Source: an uncultured Eubacteriales bacterium
Lineage (GTDB): Bacteria > Acidobacteriota > Aminicenantia > Aminicenantales > Aminicenantaceae
Direction: 5' to 3'
Assembly: GCA_964584935.1 (NCBI GenBank)
Contig: CAZPBN010000012.1
Location: 17,094 to 81,093 of the forward strand
DNA length: 64,000 bases
The stretch's first letter is position 1. Every line of letters begins with the position of its first letter. This document shows, piece by piece, positions 8,399 to 18,665 of the stretch. The notes below the pieces were generated by a model. It was not told where the DNA came from. It saw only the letters and a list, made by a program, of their open reading frames with translations, and did not search any database. Made by a program: the position numbers and the translations under genes.

Positions 8399-10623
8399 TG
8401 CAGAAAAATCTTGTAATTGTTGAATCACCAGCCAAAGCCAAAACCGTTAATCGTTATCTAGGCTCTGATTTTATAGTGAAAGCTTCTATTGGACACATCA
8501 GAGACCTGCCAAAAAACAAACTGGGCGTTGACATAGGAAATAATTTTAAACCGGAATATGAAATTCTTCCAGGAAAACAAAAAGTGGTCAAAGAATTAAA
8601 AGAAGCTGCAAAGAAATGTGACTCTGTTCTTCTTGCTGCCGATCCCGACAGAGAAGGAGAAGCAATCTGCTGGCATTTAAGCCATATCTTGAAAGATTCC
8701 AATAATAATATTCACAGAATTCTGTTTCATGAAATCACAAAAAATGCCCTTAAACAAGCTTTCCACAATCAGGGAGAGCTAGACAGAAATAAGTTTAATG
8801 CCCAACAAGCAAGAAGAATTCTTGACCGATTGGTCGGATACCTCATAAGCCCTTTATTATGGAAAAAAATAGGGAGAGGGCTCAGTGCAGGAAGAGTGCA
8901 GTCTATTGCTCTCCGGTTGATAAGCGAAAGAGAAAAAGAAATCAAAGACTTTGTTCCAGAAGAGTACTGGAATATCATTGCGGAACTCAAGGCCTCCAAT
9001 CCTCCTCCCTTTAAAGCAAAGTTAATCAAAATCGATAAGAAAAAAGCGAAAGTGAACAATAAAGAGAAAGCTGAACAAATTGTCTCTGAATTGAAAAAAG
9101 CTGTTTTTATTCTGGAAGACGTAAAAATTAAAGAGAAAAAGAAAAATCCAAATCCTCCTTATATAACCAGCACTCTTCAACAGGATAGTTTTCGCACCAT
9201 GCGCTTTTCTGTGAAAAAAACAATGCTCCTAGCCCAAAGGCTCTACGAAGGACTCGAAATAGGAGAAAGAGGCCAGGTGGGTTTGATCACATACATGAGA
9301 ACCGACTCAGTACGGACTTCAGACGATGCCATCAACTTATCCCGGAAATACATAAAAGAAAACTATTCAGAAAAATATCTGCCAGACAAGCCCCGTATAT
9401 ACAAGAACAAAAAAAAGAGCCAGGATGCCCATGAAGCCATTCGTCCGACCTCTCTGGATCTTTCTCCAGAAAAAATCAAGAGCTATCTTCAAAACGATGA
9501 ATACAGGCTTTATAAGCTTATTTGGAATCGGTTTATAGCATCTCAGATGAAACCAGCTCTCATTGAAGAGACAACCTTTGATATAAAAGCTTCCCAATAC
9601 CGACTTCAAACAAAAGGGGAGGTCATAAAATTCGACGGTTTTTTAGCCGCTTTCCCCAAACCGTCAACTGAGGATAATATATTACCAAAGGCACAACCTG
9701 GAGAAACATTATCTCTCCTTGATATTGAATCTGAGCAGAAATTCACCCAGCCGCCTCCTCGTTATAGTGAAGGAACGCTTGTTAAAGAATTGGAAGCCAA
9801 AGGAATTGGAAGACCCAGCACTTATGCTCCTATTATTTCGACTCTCCAGGATCGAGTTTATGTGGTTAAGGAAAAAGGAAAATTTATTCCAACTGAACTG
9901 GGGCTTTTTGTCACCGACTATTTAATAAACAATTTCCCTGATCTGATGAAATTTGAATTCACAGCCCGGTTGGAAGATGAATTGGATAAAATCAGTGAAG
10001 GAACAAAAGAATGGGTCGATTATATTGCCAGCTATCATAGTCTCCTTGAAAAAGATTTGAACCAAGCCACAAAAAAAGAAGGAGTCAAAGGGAAGGGAAT
10101 TCCTTTGGAAGAAGTCTGCCCTGTATGCGGACAGAAACTGGTGATAAAAAGCGGTCGATATGGCAAGTTTAAAGCCTGTTCCGGATATCCTGAATGCAAA
10201 TTTAAAAAAAGCATGGTTAAAAAGGAGGCAAAACCTCTGGATGAAACCTGTCCGAAATGTGGTTCTCAACTGGTTATAAGACATGGGAAATACGGGCAGT
10301 TCATTGCCTGCTCCAATTACCCTGAATGCAAGTATATAAAAAAGGAACAAACGGACACAGGAATCCCCTGTCCAAAAAATTGCGGAGGCACAATAATTCG
10401 GAAAAAAACCCGTAAGGGAAAAATATTTTACGGATGCAGCAATTATCCCTCCTGTGACTTTGCCAGCTGGGATGAGCCTATCGACCGAACCTGCCCTCTA
10501 TGCAATCAAAGACCCTTATTTAAAAAAAATCTCATCAATAAAGATTCTTATATATATTGTGCCAATAAAGATTGCGATTTTAAAGAGCCAGTGGACAAGG
10601 AAAAAATATGGAATAAAAAATGA
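8392..10623 (+). CDS. topA: DNA topoisomerase I with four C-terminal C4 zinc ribbons
   Basis: Toprim N-terminus LVIVESPAKAKTVNRYLG, catalytic region, 4x CxxC...CxxxxC zinc ribbons. Overlaps the dprA stop. Confidence 0.9.
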   Translation: MVMQKNLVIVESPAKAKTVNRYLGSDFIVKASIGHIRDLPKNKLGVDIGNNFKPEYEILPGKQKVVKELKEAAKKCDSVLLAADPDREGEAICWHLSHILKDSNNNIHRILFHEITKNALKQAFHNQGELDRNKFNAQQARRILDRLVGYLISPLLWKKIGRGLSAGRVQSIALRLISEREKEIKDFVPEEYWNIIAELKASNPPPFKAKLIKIDKKKAKVNNKEKAEQIVSELKKAVFILEDVKIKEKKKNPNPPYITSTLQQDSFRTMRFSVKKTMLLAQRLYEGLEIGERGQVGLITYMRTDSVRTSDDAINLSRKYIKENYSEKYLPDKPRIYKNKKKSQDAHEAIRPTSLDLSPEKIKSYLQNDEYRLYKLIWNRFIASQMKPALIEETTFDIKASQYRLQTKGEVIKFDGFLAAFPKPSTEDNILPKAQPGETLSLLDIESEQKFTQPPPRYSEGTLVKELEAKGIGRPSTYAPIISTLQDRVYVVKEKGKFIPTELGLFVTDYLINNFPDLMKFEFTARLEDELDKISEGTKEWVDYIASYHSLLEKDLNQATKKEGVKGKGIPLEEVCPVCGQKLVIKSGRYGKFKACSGYPECKFKKSMVKKEAKPLDETCPKCGSQLVIRHGKYGQFIACSNYPECKYIKKEQTDTGIPCPKNCGGTIIRKKTRKGKIFYGCSNYPSCDFASWDEPIDRTCPLCNQRPLFKKNLINKDSYIYCANKDCDFKEPVDKEKIWNKK

Positions 10624-11504
10624 AAAAGGAAATAGACATTTTCCTCTCCCATCTTAAATACGAAAAAAACTATTCCGACCACACCATATCCAACTATAAA
10701 AGAGATCTCACCCAGTTTCAAACATTCACAAAAGAAAAGAATTGTTCACTCAAGAAAGTGGATAATCGAGTCCTTCGTGGTTTTTTAGCTTATCTCAGTG
10801 AACAAGGAAATTACAAATCAACCATTGCAAGGAAACTGGCAGCAATCCGGTCTTTCTTCCAGTTTTGTATAAGTAAAAAATGGGCGGATGATAATCCAGC
10901 CAAAATAGTCGCTACCCCAAAACAAGAAAAAAATATTCCCTCTTTCCTTTCAGAAGAGGAAATGACAAATTTTTTGGACCTCCCCACATCAAACAAACCT
11001 TTGGATCTTAGAGACAATTCAATTCTTGAACTTCTCTATGCAACCGGAATTCGGGTGAGTGAACTTGTGGGCATCAATCTCGAAGATATCGATATGGAAC
11101 AAAGACTTATCCGGGTAAAGGGAAAAGGAAAAAAAGAAAGGATTCTCCCTTTCGGAAAGAAAGCCGAAGCCAAACTGGTTTCATACTTGCGTTCAAGACC
11201 GCTGTTAAGCAAAGGGAACATTCAAGAAAAAGCCCTGTTTTTAAACTACCGCGGTAATAGACTTTCTGGTCGCTCCATAGAAAGAATTGTCGATAAATAT
11301 ATCCGTTTTGCCGCATTGAGAAGGAAAATCAGTCCTCATTCACTGCGGCATTCATTTGCTTCTCATCTTCTAAGCAGAGGCGCTGATTTGAGATTCATCC
11401 AGGAACTATTAGGGCATGAAAGCTTGGCAACGACTCAAAAATACACCCATGTTGATTTAAAACAACTATTAAAAATCTATAAGAAAAGTCATCCGAGGTC
11501 ATAG
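10620..11504 (+). CDS. xerC: Tyrosine recombinase XerC (CodV-like)
   Basis: C-terminal catalytic motifs HSLRHSFASHLL and LLGHESLATTQKYTHV with Tyr. The smf-topA-xerC order matches the Bacillus smf-topA-...-codV arrangement. Confidence 0.8.
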   Translation: MKKEIDIFLSHLKYEKNYSDHTISNYKRDLTQFQTFTKEKNCSLKKVDNRVLRGFLAYLSEQGNYKSTIARKLAAIRSFFQFCISKKWADDNPAKIVATPKQEKNIPSFLSEEEMTNFLDLPTSNKPLDLRDNSILELLYATGIRVSELVGINLEDIDMEQRLIRVKGKGKKERILPFGKKAEAKLVSYLRSRPLLSKGNIQEKALFLNYRGNRLSGRSIERIVDKYIRFAALRRKISPHSLRHSFASHLLSRGADLRFIQELLGHESLATTQKYTHVDLKQLLKIYKKSHPRS

Positions 11505-11909
11505 TTCATACTACCGTAAGAAAGAAGACGTAAGATGTGAGATGTCATTGATAATAGTATATGAAGAATCGAAAAGAGAAAATAGAAATATGTCCTTGTC
11601 CGATTTGTTCGGGCAATCCAGCCTCTAGTTCTAAAACAGTCTATTATTGTAAACCCTCAGACGTGATGACGTCAGATGTTAATCCCTAGGGCTTTGAAAT
11701 CATTGAACAATAAAATTTAAACGATCCTGAAACTTAATTACTGTGACAAATAAAAAAGTAAACGTTTGTTGTCGGCCCATCCTTCTATTTGTCAACAACT
11801 GTTGACCCCCTTTCCATCAATGAATTTTCTAAGTTGCTGTTATCAAAGAAATTATATTATTTTCAGAATGGCATCAATATTGCAATTGGTATAAGAGAAA
11901 GGAGGTCTT

Positions 11910-12221
11910 ATGAACAATTTATTCACTAAAACACTTGCTTTAAGTCTCATTTTCTGTCTTTTGTTCTCTTCTATTATTGTCCTTCAGGTCTATTCATTTC
12001 CTGTCCCTAATGAAAAAAAGATAAATATCAATACGGCTTCTTTGACCGAACTTCAAAAGCTCCCCAGGATCGGAATCAAAATCGCCCAAAGAATTATCGA
12101 TTTCAGAAATAAGCACGGGAAATTCAAAAAGATTGAAGAAATTATGAAGGTCAAAGGTATCGGTGAGAAGACTTTTGAAAAACTGAAGGACAAGATTACG
12201 GTGGGCTCATCGAAAAAGTAA
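11910..12221 (+). CDS. comEA: ComEA-like helix-hairpin-helix DNA-binding protein (competence DNA receptor)
   Basis: 103 aa, N-terminal signal/anchor, INTASLTELQKLPRIGIKIAQRIIDFR...IGEKTFEKL HhH tandem. SD GAGAAAGGAGG upstream. Confidence 0.7.
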   Translation: MNNLFTKTLALSLIFCLLFSSIIVLQVYSFPVPNEKKININTASLTELQKLPRIGIKIAQRIIDFRNKHGKFKKIEEIMKVKGIGEKTFEKLKDKITVGSSKK

Positions 12222-12229
12222 AATTAAAT

Positions 12230-12253
12230 AAGGGGGAGTTTGAACTCCCCCTT
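12230..12253. terminator. Bidirectional rho-independent terminator between comEA and rdgB
   Basis: Perfect 9-bp GC-rich stem AAGGGGGAG / CTCCCCCTT with loop TTTGAA, T-rich flanks on both strands. The rdgB stop codon lies in the 3' arm. Confidence 0.6.
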
Positions 12254-12881
12254 ATCTTTCAATCCTTTCGTTTAAATATCCTGCTAAAAACTGTTCTAGT
12301 TGCTTTAATGCCATTCCGCGATGACTTACTCTGTTTTTTTCTTCACCTTTCATCTCACCAAATGTCTTTTTAAGGGGTTGATAATAAAAGATGGGATCAT
12401 ATCCAAATCCCGAATACCCTCTTTGTTCGGTTGTGATGAATCCTTCCACAGAGCCCTGGAATTCCTTAATAATTCTACTCTTTGTAGAGAGAACCATATA
12501 CGAAACAAATCGTGCTTTTCTTGATTCCATAGAAACATTTTTTAACAATCTCAAAACTTTTTTGATGTTCTCTCTATCTGTAGCTTTTGGACCCGCAAAT
12601 CTTGCTGAAAAAACTCCGGGAGCTCCATTCAAATAATCAATTTCCAGACCTGAATCTTCAGCTAAAGTGAGATCATCGCAAAATTTCCTGTAAAACAGGC
12701 ATTTTCCCCGTGCATTGTCTTCAAAAGTAGTCCCTTTTTCTGTGTGCTCAACTTTGTCATTTAAATCTAAAAGAGAAGATATTTCAAGGGGGAAATTATG
12801 CAAGTGTTTTTTTATTTCTTTGACTTTTCCTGAGTTCGTTGTCGATATCAGAAGTTTTCGTTTATTCAATATTGATCTCAA
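12252..12881 (-). CDS. rdgB: Non-canonical purine NTP pyrophosphatase (RdgB/Ham1, ITPase)
   Basis: LLISTTNSGKVKEIK N-terminus, FGYDPIF motif, about 200 aa. Confidence 0.8.
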   Translation of the reverse strand: MRSILNKRKLLISTTNSGKVKEIKKHLHNFPLEISSLLDLNDKVEHTEKGTTFEDNARGKCLFYRKFCDDLTLAEDSGLEIDYLNGAPGVFSARFAGPKATDRENIKKVLRLLKNVSMESRKARFVSYMVLSTKSRIIKEFQGSVEGFITTEQRGYSGFGYDPIFYYQPLKKTFGEMKGEEKNRVSHRGMALKQLEQFLAGYLNERIER

Positions 12882-13512
12882 GAATCCCCTGGAGGGCCAA
12901 CAGACTTTGGTGGAATTTTTGCGCAGTTTCTTCAGAAGAAGTAAATTTCAGATTCACAACGGTTGATTCTTTTTCTTTCTTGAGATTGAACTCACTGAAT
13001 GAAATATCTTCCAGGGTCGCCAGTTTTCTAATTTGAGGCAGAGTTTCTTTGGGGGTTCTTATTTTCAAGGAATATTTATAAGAAGCTTTTTTCAGAATCT
13101 GATTTTCAAACTTCCTAAATATAATCAATACAAGCATGATAATGCCTGTAAAGATAAGGGCTATGATATAATAACCAGATCCTATTAGGAGGCCCAATCC
13201 AGCAACAGTCCATAAAGTCGCCGCAGTGGTCAATCCAGCGATTATCATTCCCCGAGCCTGTATGATTGTCCCCCCTCCAATAAAACCGATTCCTGTGATT
13301 ATGCCAGCCGCAATTCTGGTTAAATCCCCGCTGTTCCCTTCTGCATTCTGAAGGATTAAGTTCGAGACAATCATCATCATTGTTGAGCCGACACAGATAA
13401 GAATATTCGTTCTAAATCCGGCAGGCTTATTGCTTGATTCCCTTTCCAATCCTATCAACCCTCCAAGAGCGACGGCAAGTAATAATTTTAATAATATTTC
13501 GAGGTAATTCAT
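12862..13512 (-). CDS. mgtC: MgtC/SapB family membrane protein
   Basis: LKLLLAVALGGLIGLERE signature, 4-5 TM helices plus a C-terminal soluble domain. Overlaps the rdgB start by 20 nt. Confidence 0.75.
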   Translation of the reverse strand: MNYLEILLKLLLAVALGGLIGLERESSNKPAGFRTNILICVGSTMMMIVSNLILQNAEGNSGDLTRIAAGIITGIGFIGGGTIIQARGMIIAGLTTAATLWTVAGLGLLIGSGYYIIALIFTGIIMLVLIIFRKFENQILKKASYKYSLKIRTPKETLPQIRKLATLEDISFSEFNLKKEKESTVVNLKFTSSEETAQKFHQSLLALQGILEINIE

Positions 13513-13568
13513 TGTTTAACTTTCAACGAGATGCTATCTCATTTAATCTATCATAATTTTCAATAATC

Positions 13569-14537
13569 TCAAACTAGAAAATACCCTAACAAGAAAACCA
13601 CAATGAGGAAAACAGTATAACAGGCGAATAAAGGCTTTATCAGCAGTTTCTCAGGCTCTTCCATCACAGATTTTGTGCTCAACGTTTTTTTGAAAATAAG
13701 GAAAAAATAGATAAAAACAAAAGGAGTTAGGTAAAAAAAATAATACAATTGGAACATAAGGGCAACCGCGAAATAAGTGCCAAAAAAAATAATAAGGCTC
13801 AGGATCATCCCGAGCATTAGAGAACTCTCTGAATATTTCTTATGAGAGCTTCTGTATTCTTTGGCTTTCTCCCCGAGTATTCTAAACTCAGAGTATCTTT
13901 TGGCAATCATCAAAAAACTTCCAAACGTCCACCAACCCAAAAGAAGGACTATCGGGGGAAACGACTGGGAAAAAGAAAATGTATACCATCCTATTAGAAA
14001 GCGGATAGGATTGTTCACAGATTCAGACACAGCATCCAGAAAAGGAATGTCTTTAGTTCTGATAGGCTTTACATTATAAATGAATCCTGCAATCAAAAGA
14101 CCTGATAGCGAAAGGAAAAAAGGGAGAGAGAAGAAAACATAGGCGATCAAAAGACTGGAAAAAACAATAACGACTCCCACAAAAAGGAACACATTTTTAC
14201 TTATTTCTCCTTTAACCAGAGGACGATTCTTTTTAACTGGGTGATGAATATCATAGGGAGCATCAACAATTTCATTTATTATGTAATTTGCTGTAGAAAT
14301 CGCCCAAGTAAGGAAAAAGGATACAGCAATTCTCAAAATTATTGGAATAATTCCAAGAGAGGAAAGACAATTTCTATGGAAAAAGAAAAAAGCTGCTGTC
14401 CCCACTAATATCGCCAGACTGCGGGGCCACCGCCCTAATCTCATGGCTTTAAAATAAGCAATCACGGGCTTTTCCCCTTTCTGGCATAAATTTCCATTGA
14501 ATCTCCCAGCGTCAATTTTATAGGAATTCTCCTCCAA
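13569..14537 (-). CDS. UbiA-superfamily polyprenyltransferase (DPPR-transferase-like)
   Basis: Multi-TM; Asp-rich motif NEIVDAPYDIHHP (NxxxDxxxD) followed by KKNRPLVKGE. The ORF overlaps the upstream gene by 76 nt, and an alternative start at Met32 (about 14444) removes the overlap. Confidence 0.65.
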   Translation of the reverse strand: MEENSYKIDAGRFNGNLCQKGEKPVIAYFKAMRLGRWPRSLAILVGTAAFFFFHRNCLSSLGIIPIILRIAVSFFLTWAISTANYIINEIVDAPYDIHHPVKKNRPLVKGEISKNVFLFVGVVIVFSSLLIAYVFFSLPFFLSLSGLLIAGFIYNVKPIRTKDIPFLDAVSESVNNPIRFLIGWYTFSFSQSFPPIVLLLGWWTFGSFLMIAKRYSEFRILGEKAKEYRSSHKKYSESSLMLGMILSLIIFFGTYFAVALMFQLYYFFYLTPFVFIYFFLIFKKTLSTKSVMEEPEKLLIKPLFACYTVFLIVVFLLGYFLV

Positions 14538-15385
14538 ATAGAAGTTAAGAATGAATGTTTTAAAAAGATTTTAAAATATTTTTTCCTGGAGAGGATATAA
14601 AAGACGCTGAATGTCCAGGAATAATTCTTATTCAACAAAATTGTGAATCCGGCTCGCTGAAGAATTGCGGTGATGCTTTTTCTGTTAAAATAAGCCAGAT
14701 GACCCGGCCTGAAATGCCACCATTTGCTTCCTGTGATTTTAGCCGCAAAACTATTTATATTGGGGGTCACAAGGCATAAGGTCCCTCCTGGTCTAAGGAT
14801 ATCATAAGCTTTCCTTAGGGATTTGAAAGGAAAAGGAATGTGTTCGATATAATCAATCATGGTTACCACAGAATAAAAATTTTTCTTCAAAGAAGCATCT
14901 TCGAAAGAGCCTTTTATAAGAGAGAGATTATATTTTTTGTTCGCAACTTTGACCGCCCAGGAACTGGGTTCTATTCCTTCAACTTGCCAACCTCTTTGCC
15001 TGGCATTATTCAAAAGAATCCCGGTTGCAGATCCCACATCAAAAAGAAATCTTTCTGTGGGATGCACTTTTCCTAGAAAATTTAAAATCGAAATAAAATT
15101 TTTTGATCGGCCTTCAGCTTCTTCTTCATAAAGCGGATCCACCACCTGAGAATACAGAGAGTTGATAAGCTTATTTGACGGACACGGATTGGCAAAAATA
15201 TGGCCGCAATTCTGGCATTTGCTCAAATTCCAGATCTTTCCGTATTCGCTGTCCGTGATTTTTATCTGATTTTCTTTCAGTCTATAAAAATCAAATGTTG
15301 CCTTTCTGTAAAAAATAATGGATTGACTCAAACACGCAGGGCATTCCGTCAAATATCTAAAATCATTTTCGCTTTTTATGACCAT
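14462..15385 (-). CDS. Class I SAM-dependent methyltransferase with N-terminal C4 zinc-ribbon domain
   Basis: CPAC...CQNCGH zinc ribbon; motif I LFDVGSATG; motif post-I/II LRPGGTLCLVTPN. Confidence 0.65.
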   Translation of the reverse strand: MVIKSENDFRYLTECPACLSQSIIFYRKATFDFYRLKENQIKITDSEYGKIWNLSKCQNCGHIFANPCPSNKLINSLYSQVVDPLYEEEAEGRSKNFISILNFLGKVHPTERFLFDVGSATGILLNNARQRGWQVEGIEPSSWAVKVANKKYNLSLIKGSFEDASLKKNFYSVVTMIDYIEHIPFPFKSLRKAYDILRPGGTLCLVTPNINSFAAKITGSKWWHFRPGHLAYFNRKSITAILQRAGFTILLNKNYSWTFSVFYILSRKKYFKIFLKHSFLTSIWRRIPIKLTLGDSMEIYARKGKSP

Positions 15386-15606
15386 TTCACAAATAGATTT
15401 TAGTATAAGGGAAAATCACTTATCGAACCTATCTATTTCCCTTAGGTATCATAAAATCAGCTAAGAATTCCAGAAACGCTCCCTAAGAATTTCTAACTGG
15501 AAACAAAAAGTATACTTTTTCTTTCCAAAAAAACCAATATTAAAAATTATTTGCGCTTGATGCCAGAGACTTTTTATATTTATTGACCAACTGTTTTGCA
15601 GGCTTT

Positions 15607-18483
15607 CTACATGTTTTCTTTCACAAAGTCATAAAAATCAATTTCATTAGCATCAATTCCATATTGATAGACGTAATGACTTGCCAACCATGAGGCAAAA
15701 ATAGCTTTAAGATAAGAATAAGGAACTCGATTAACGATTCTATCAAATCCAACATATTGAAGCAAAATATCAGGACAATAGTTTTCAATGACCTTTTGGA
15801 AGAGGATCTCATTTTTGACCAAATTTGATTTGGTGATGGTGTCTATAATGTTATTGATTTTCTCACTGATGCGATCAGAAAGAATAGAATAGGGTATATT
15901 CTTCATTTCGTTTTCTTTCCATATTATCTCAAATTCCATTTCAGCGTTTTTTTTAATCACTTGAATGATTTCATCTATATAATTTTTCCGAAACGATGGG
16001 ATTTCATCATCTCTGACACACATAAGGTCATCATATTCTTTATCTGATAGAGCCAAACTGGCAAACACTTCCAAAGATGAAGAAGTCACCCCTCCTTTGT
16101 TTGCAGAAGCATCTTTAAAAATGATGACTCCATATTCTTCCAGACGAAGGCGAGCCTGTTGAGTGATAAAAAGATTGGCTCCTTCAACAATATAGTTGAA
16201 GCGGGGGGTCCCTTGATCATCTACAAAATTATCCCAATTGTTTATATTAATGGAAGCAGGTCTTCCTCCACAGGGAAGAAACAGGTCTGCTTTAAAATGA
16301 GGATGAAGATGAAATTTGTTTCGGAATTCGAGCCCATTGGCTACTTTCTCCCCATCAGGAAGTTCCACATTTTTGTCTTCAATGGTAACGAGATATCCTC
16401 TGTTGGAAAGAAGAGAAGGATTGAAATGCTTCACTGCCCTCCTGGCTTTGGCAAGCCTTTTCAGTTCAGGTCTGTTGATTCCTTCTGGGTCATACAGCAC
16501 CCCGGAACCATCAATAATAGCCATTATTTTATCTTTTGATATAAGAATCTCGTTGCTCCCCAGATCCCCATCTGGACCTCCTGTCATAACCTTTGTAATG
16601 TCTTTTTCTTTAATCCCTTCTTTTTCCAAAATCTTAAGCACGTATTGATGAACAGAGTTTGTGGTCATCCCGTAATCATCATGAGGAATCCCTCCCATAT
16701 TGACGGGTTTCCCGGTAGAAAAAGCTTGCCAGTAAGGAAACTTTTTTGCTCTAGCTCTGAGAGCTGCCCATCCCATCAATTCTGCTGTCCCTTCATCTGG
16801 GCCGAGAAACAAAATGATTTCTTTCCCATAATGATCCACAATCTCTTCATCCGGTGAAAGCAGATCAAGAAGTCCATTAACATATTTCTTAAAGGAAATT
16901 TCAGCCTTGTCCTGATCTTCCCAACCCAACAAAATCGTCCCTTTGGAACCGCCTTCAGGAATATCTTTATTCTTTTTATGTTGAGTCAAAGAAAGATTAT
17001 AATTTTCATCAAAAATAAAATCCGAATTGTTCATATAATTCTGATAACTTGATGATTTCACAATTCGAATCCCTCCCCTGGCTATATCTTTGAATCGAAT
17101 ATGAAAACCTCTGAACTCAAGGGAAATGATATGGAAAAGTCCAAAAGGGACCTCCGGGTAATCAACTTTGTTTAAAAATTTCGGATCGTACATAAAGGCG
17201 ATGGAGTTCTTTCCTTTCTTAAAAAAGTTTGTCTTCAAAATGCTGTTTATAAACAATAGAATCATTAAAAATATATTTCGATCTAATTCTACTGAAATGT
17301 TCTGTAAGATTTCTGTTCTTAATTCTTCGATATCCCCATCAATATGGGATTTGTTAAGGAGGGGATTGAACTTTTTATTGAAAATCTGAAAAGCATTTTT
17401 GAGATAAATATAATAGTCAACCAACGACTTCCAAATTCGGGCAGAATCATAGGACATTTTTGAAAGACGTGTTCTCAAATTCCTGACGATTCCTATGAGC
17501 TCCGGGGAATCCTTTAACGACTCAACCAGTTTGAGATATTCTTCATTATACTCGCTTAAAAATTGATGTAAGAAACTCCATGCAGAAACTCCGAAAACCG
17601 TTTCTTGAGCAGTCAGTTTTCCACTTCTGAACAAAGAAAAAAGCGGGCTTTCTGGAATCACATAGATCAGAGTTATATCTTCAATCAAATTTTCGAATTT
17701 CTGTTTATCCTGAATGTAATCCAGGTAAAAAGTATAAACAGTTTTTCCGTTCATGAATTGCTCCACATATTTCCTATTGGATACAAGACCGTAAGAATTA
17801 ATCACATCCGATATATTGGAAAAGAAACAGGTGCTTGCCTCTTTATTAATAACAATCATGATCCGGTGTTCGTTCGTATCCAATTTTTCCGACACATCAA
17901 TCAGCGGGGTCTCCTTCCCAACCGCGTTTGCTAATACATCTTGATATCTTTGGATTGTTTCTTCTGTTGCTGACTCCAGAAAGGACTGACAGGCTACTTT
18001 TGTTAATTCGGTTTCATAAACCATTTCTTTCTTTATCCGGAACTTAGGCTTGTAAACAAGATACATCCTAAGATGTTCAATCCCTAAAGCTTTTCCTTTT
18101 GTTCTATAGGATTGAAGCCGAAATCCCGGATATTTTTTTTCAATCCTCCTCTCTACTTCCAAAGCTCTGGAGTGATGGTCATCAACCAAATACAATGCTT
18201 CATCTTCGGATTCGCTGGAAAGATCTATTTTAAATAATTTTTCTTTCTGGATGGTGGCAATGATTTCCGCAGATTTCACCGCCTCTATATGAGAAGCAAG
18301 TATTTTTAAGGGTGTGGTTTTAAAATAATATTCATTCATTCCCAGCCTGGTGCAAAACCAATCAACTTCTTTCCGAATCGTATATTTAGAAAAATGACCG
18401 TGGCTTAAAATAACGTTTTCGATCATTTCTAGCTGTTCTTCGTTTAAAAAAGATTCCTTTGCGATTTCTTTTAAGCTTTTCAT
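15607..18483 (-). CDS. Large NAD-specific glutamate dehydrogenase (about 110 kDa GDH2-like class)
   Basis: 958 aa. GDH-like catalytic segments ISLEFRGFHIRFKDIARGGIR, TGKPVNMGGIPHDDYGMTTNSVHQY and the fingerprint GGPDGDLGSNE. Much longer than hexameric GDHs. Confidence 0.6.
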   Translation of the reverse strand: MKSLKEIAKESFLNEEQLEMIENVILSHGHFSKYTIRKEVDWFCTRLGMNEYYFKTTPLKILASHIEAVKSAEIIATIQKEKLFKIDLSSESEDEALYLVDDHHSRALEVERRIEKKYPGFRLQSYRTKGKALGIEHLRMYLVYKPKFRIKKEMVYETELTKVACQSFLESATEETIQRYQDVLANAVGKETPLIDVSEKLDTNEHRIMIVINKEASTCFFSNISDVINSYGLVSNRKYVEQFMNGKTVYTFYLDYIQDKQKFENLIEDITLIYVIPESPLFSLFRSGKLTAQETVFGVSAWSFLHQFLSEYNEEYLKLVESLKDSPELIGIVRNLRTRLSKMSYDSARIWKSLVDYYIYLKNAFQIFNKKFNPLLNKSHIDGDIEELRTEILQNISVELDRNIFLMILLFINSILKTNFFKKGKNSIAFMYDPKFLNKVDYPEVPFGLFHIISLEFRGFHIRFKDIARGGIRIVKSSSYQNYMNNSDFIFDENYNLSLTQHKKNKDIPEGGSKGTILLGWEDQDKAEISFKKYVNGLLDLLSPDEEIVDHYGKEIILFLGPDEGTAELMGWAALRARAKKFPYWQAFSTGKPVNMGGIPHDDYGMTTNSVHQYVLKILEKEGIKEKDITKVMTGGPDGDLGSNEILISKDKIMAIIDGSGVLYDPEGINRPELKRLAKARRAVKHFNPSLLSNRGYLVTIEDKNVELPDGEKVANGLEFRNKFHLHPHFKADLFLPCGGRPASININNWDNFVDDQGTPRFNYIVEGANLFITQQARLRLEEYGVIIFKDASANKGGVTSSSLEVFASLALSDKEYDDLMCVRDDEIPSFRKNYIDEIIQVIKKNAEMEFEIIWKENEMKNIPYSILSDRISEKINNIIDTITKSNLVKNEILFQKVIENYCPDILLQYVGFDRIVNRVPYSYLKAIFASWLASHYVYQYGIDANEIDFYDFVKENM

Positions 18484-18665
18484 TGAAAACTCCCGTTAAA
18501 GTTTTTCTTATGATGCTTTCCCAGAGCCATTTATATAAAGAGTTCGCAGATTAATCAATTTTTCACAAAGCTCAGGTTGTATTAGCAATCTTCCCCATAA
18601 ATATAATAAGCAAAGATCAAAATTTATTCATTATCATAGCAATAAATCCAAAAAATGTGAAATGG

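Noticed and set aside
11505-11909. Looked for a dif (XerC/D) site or tRNA in the 405-bp gap after xerC; GATAATAGTATATGAAG resembles the dif core
   Set aside because: Flanking arms are not inverted-repeat XerC/XerD half-sites. dif is expected near the terminus, not about 35 kb from oriC.
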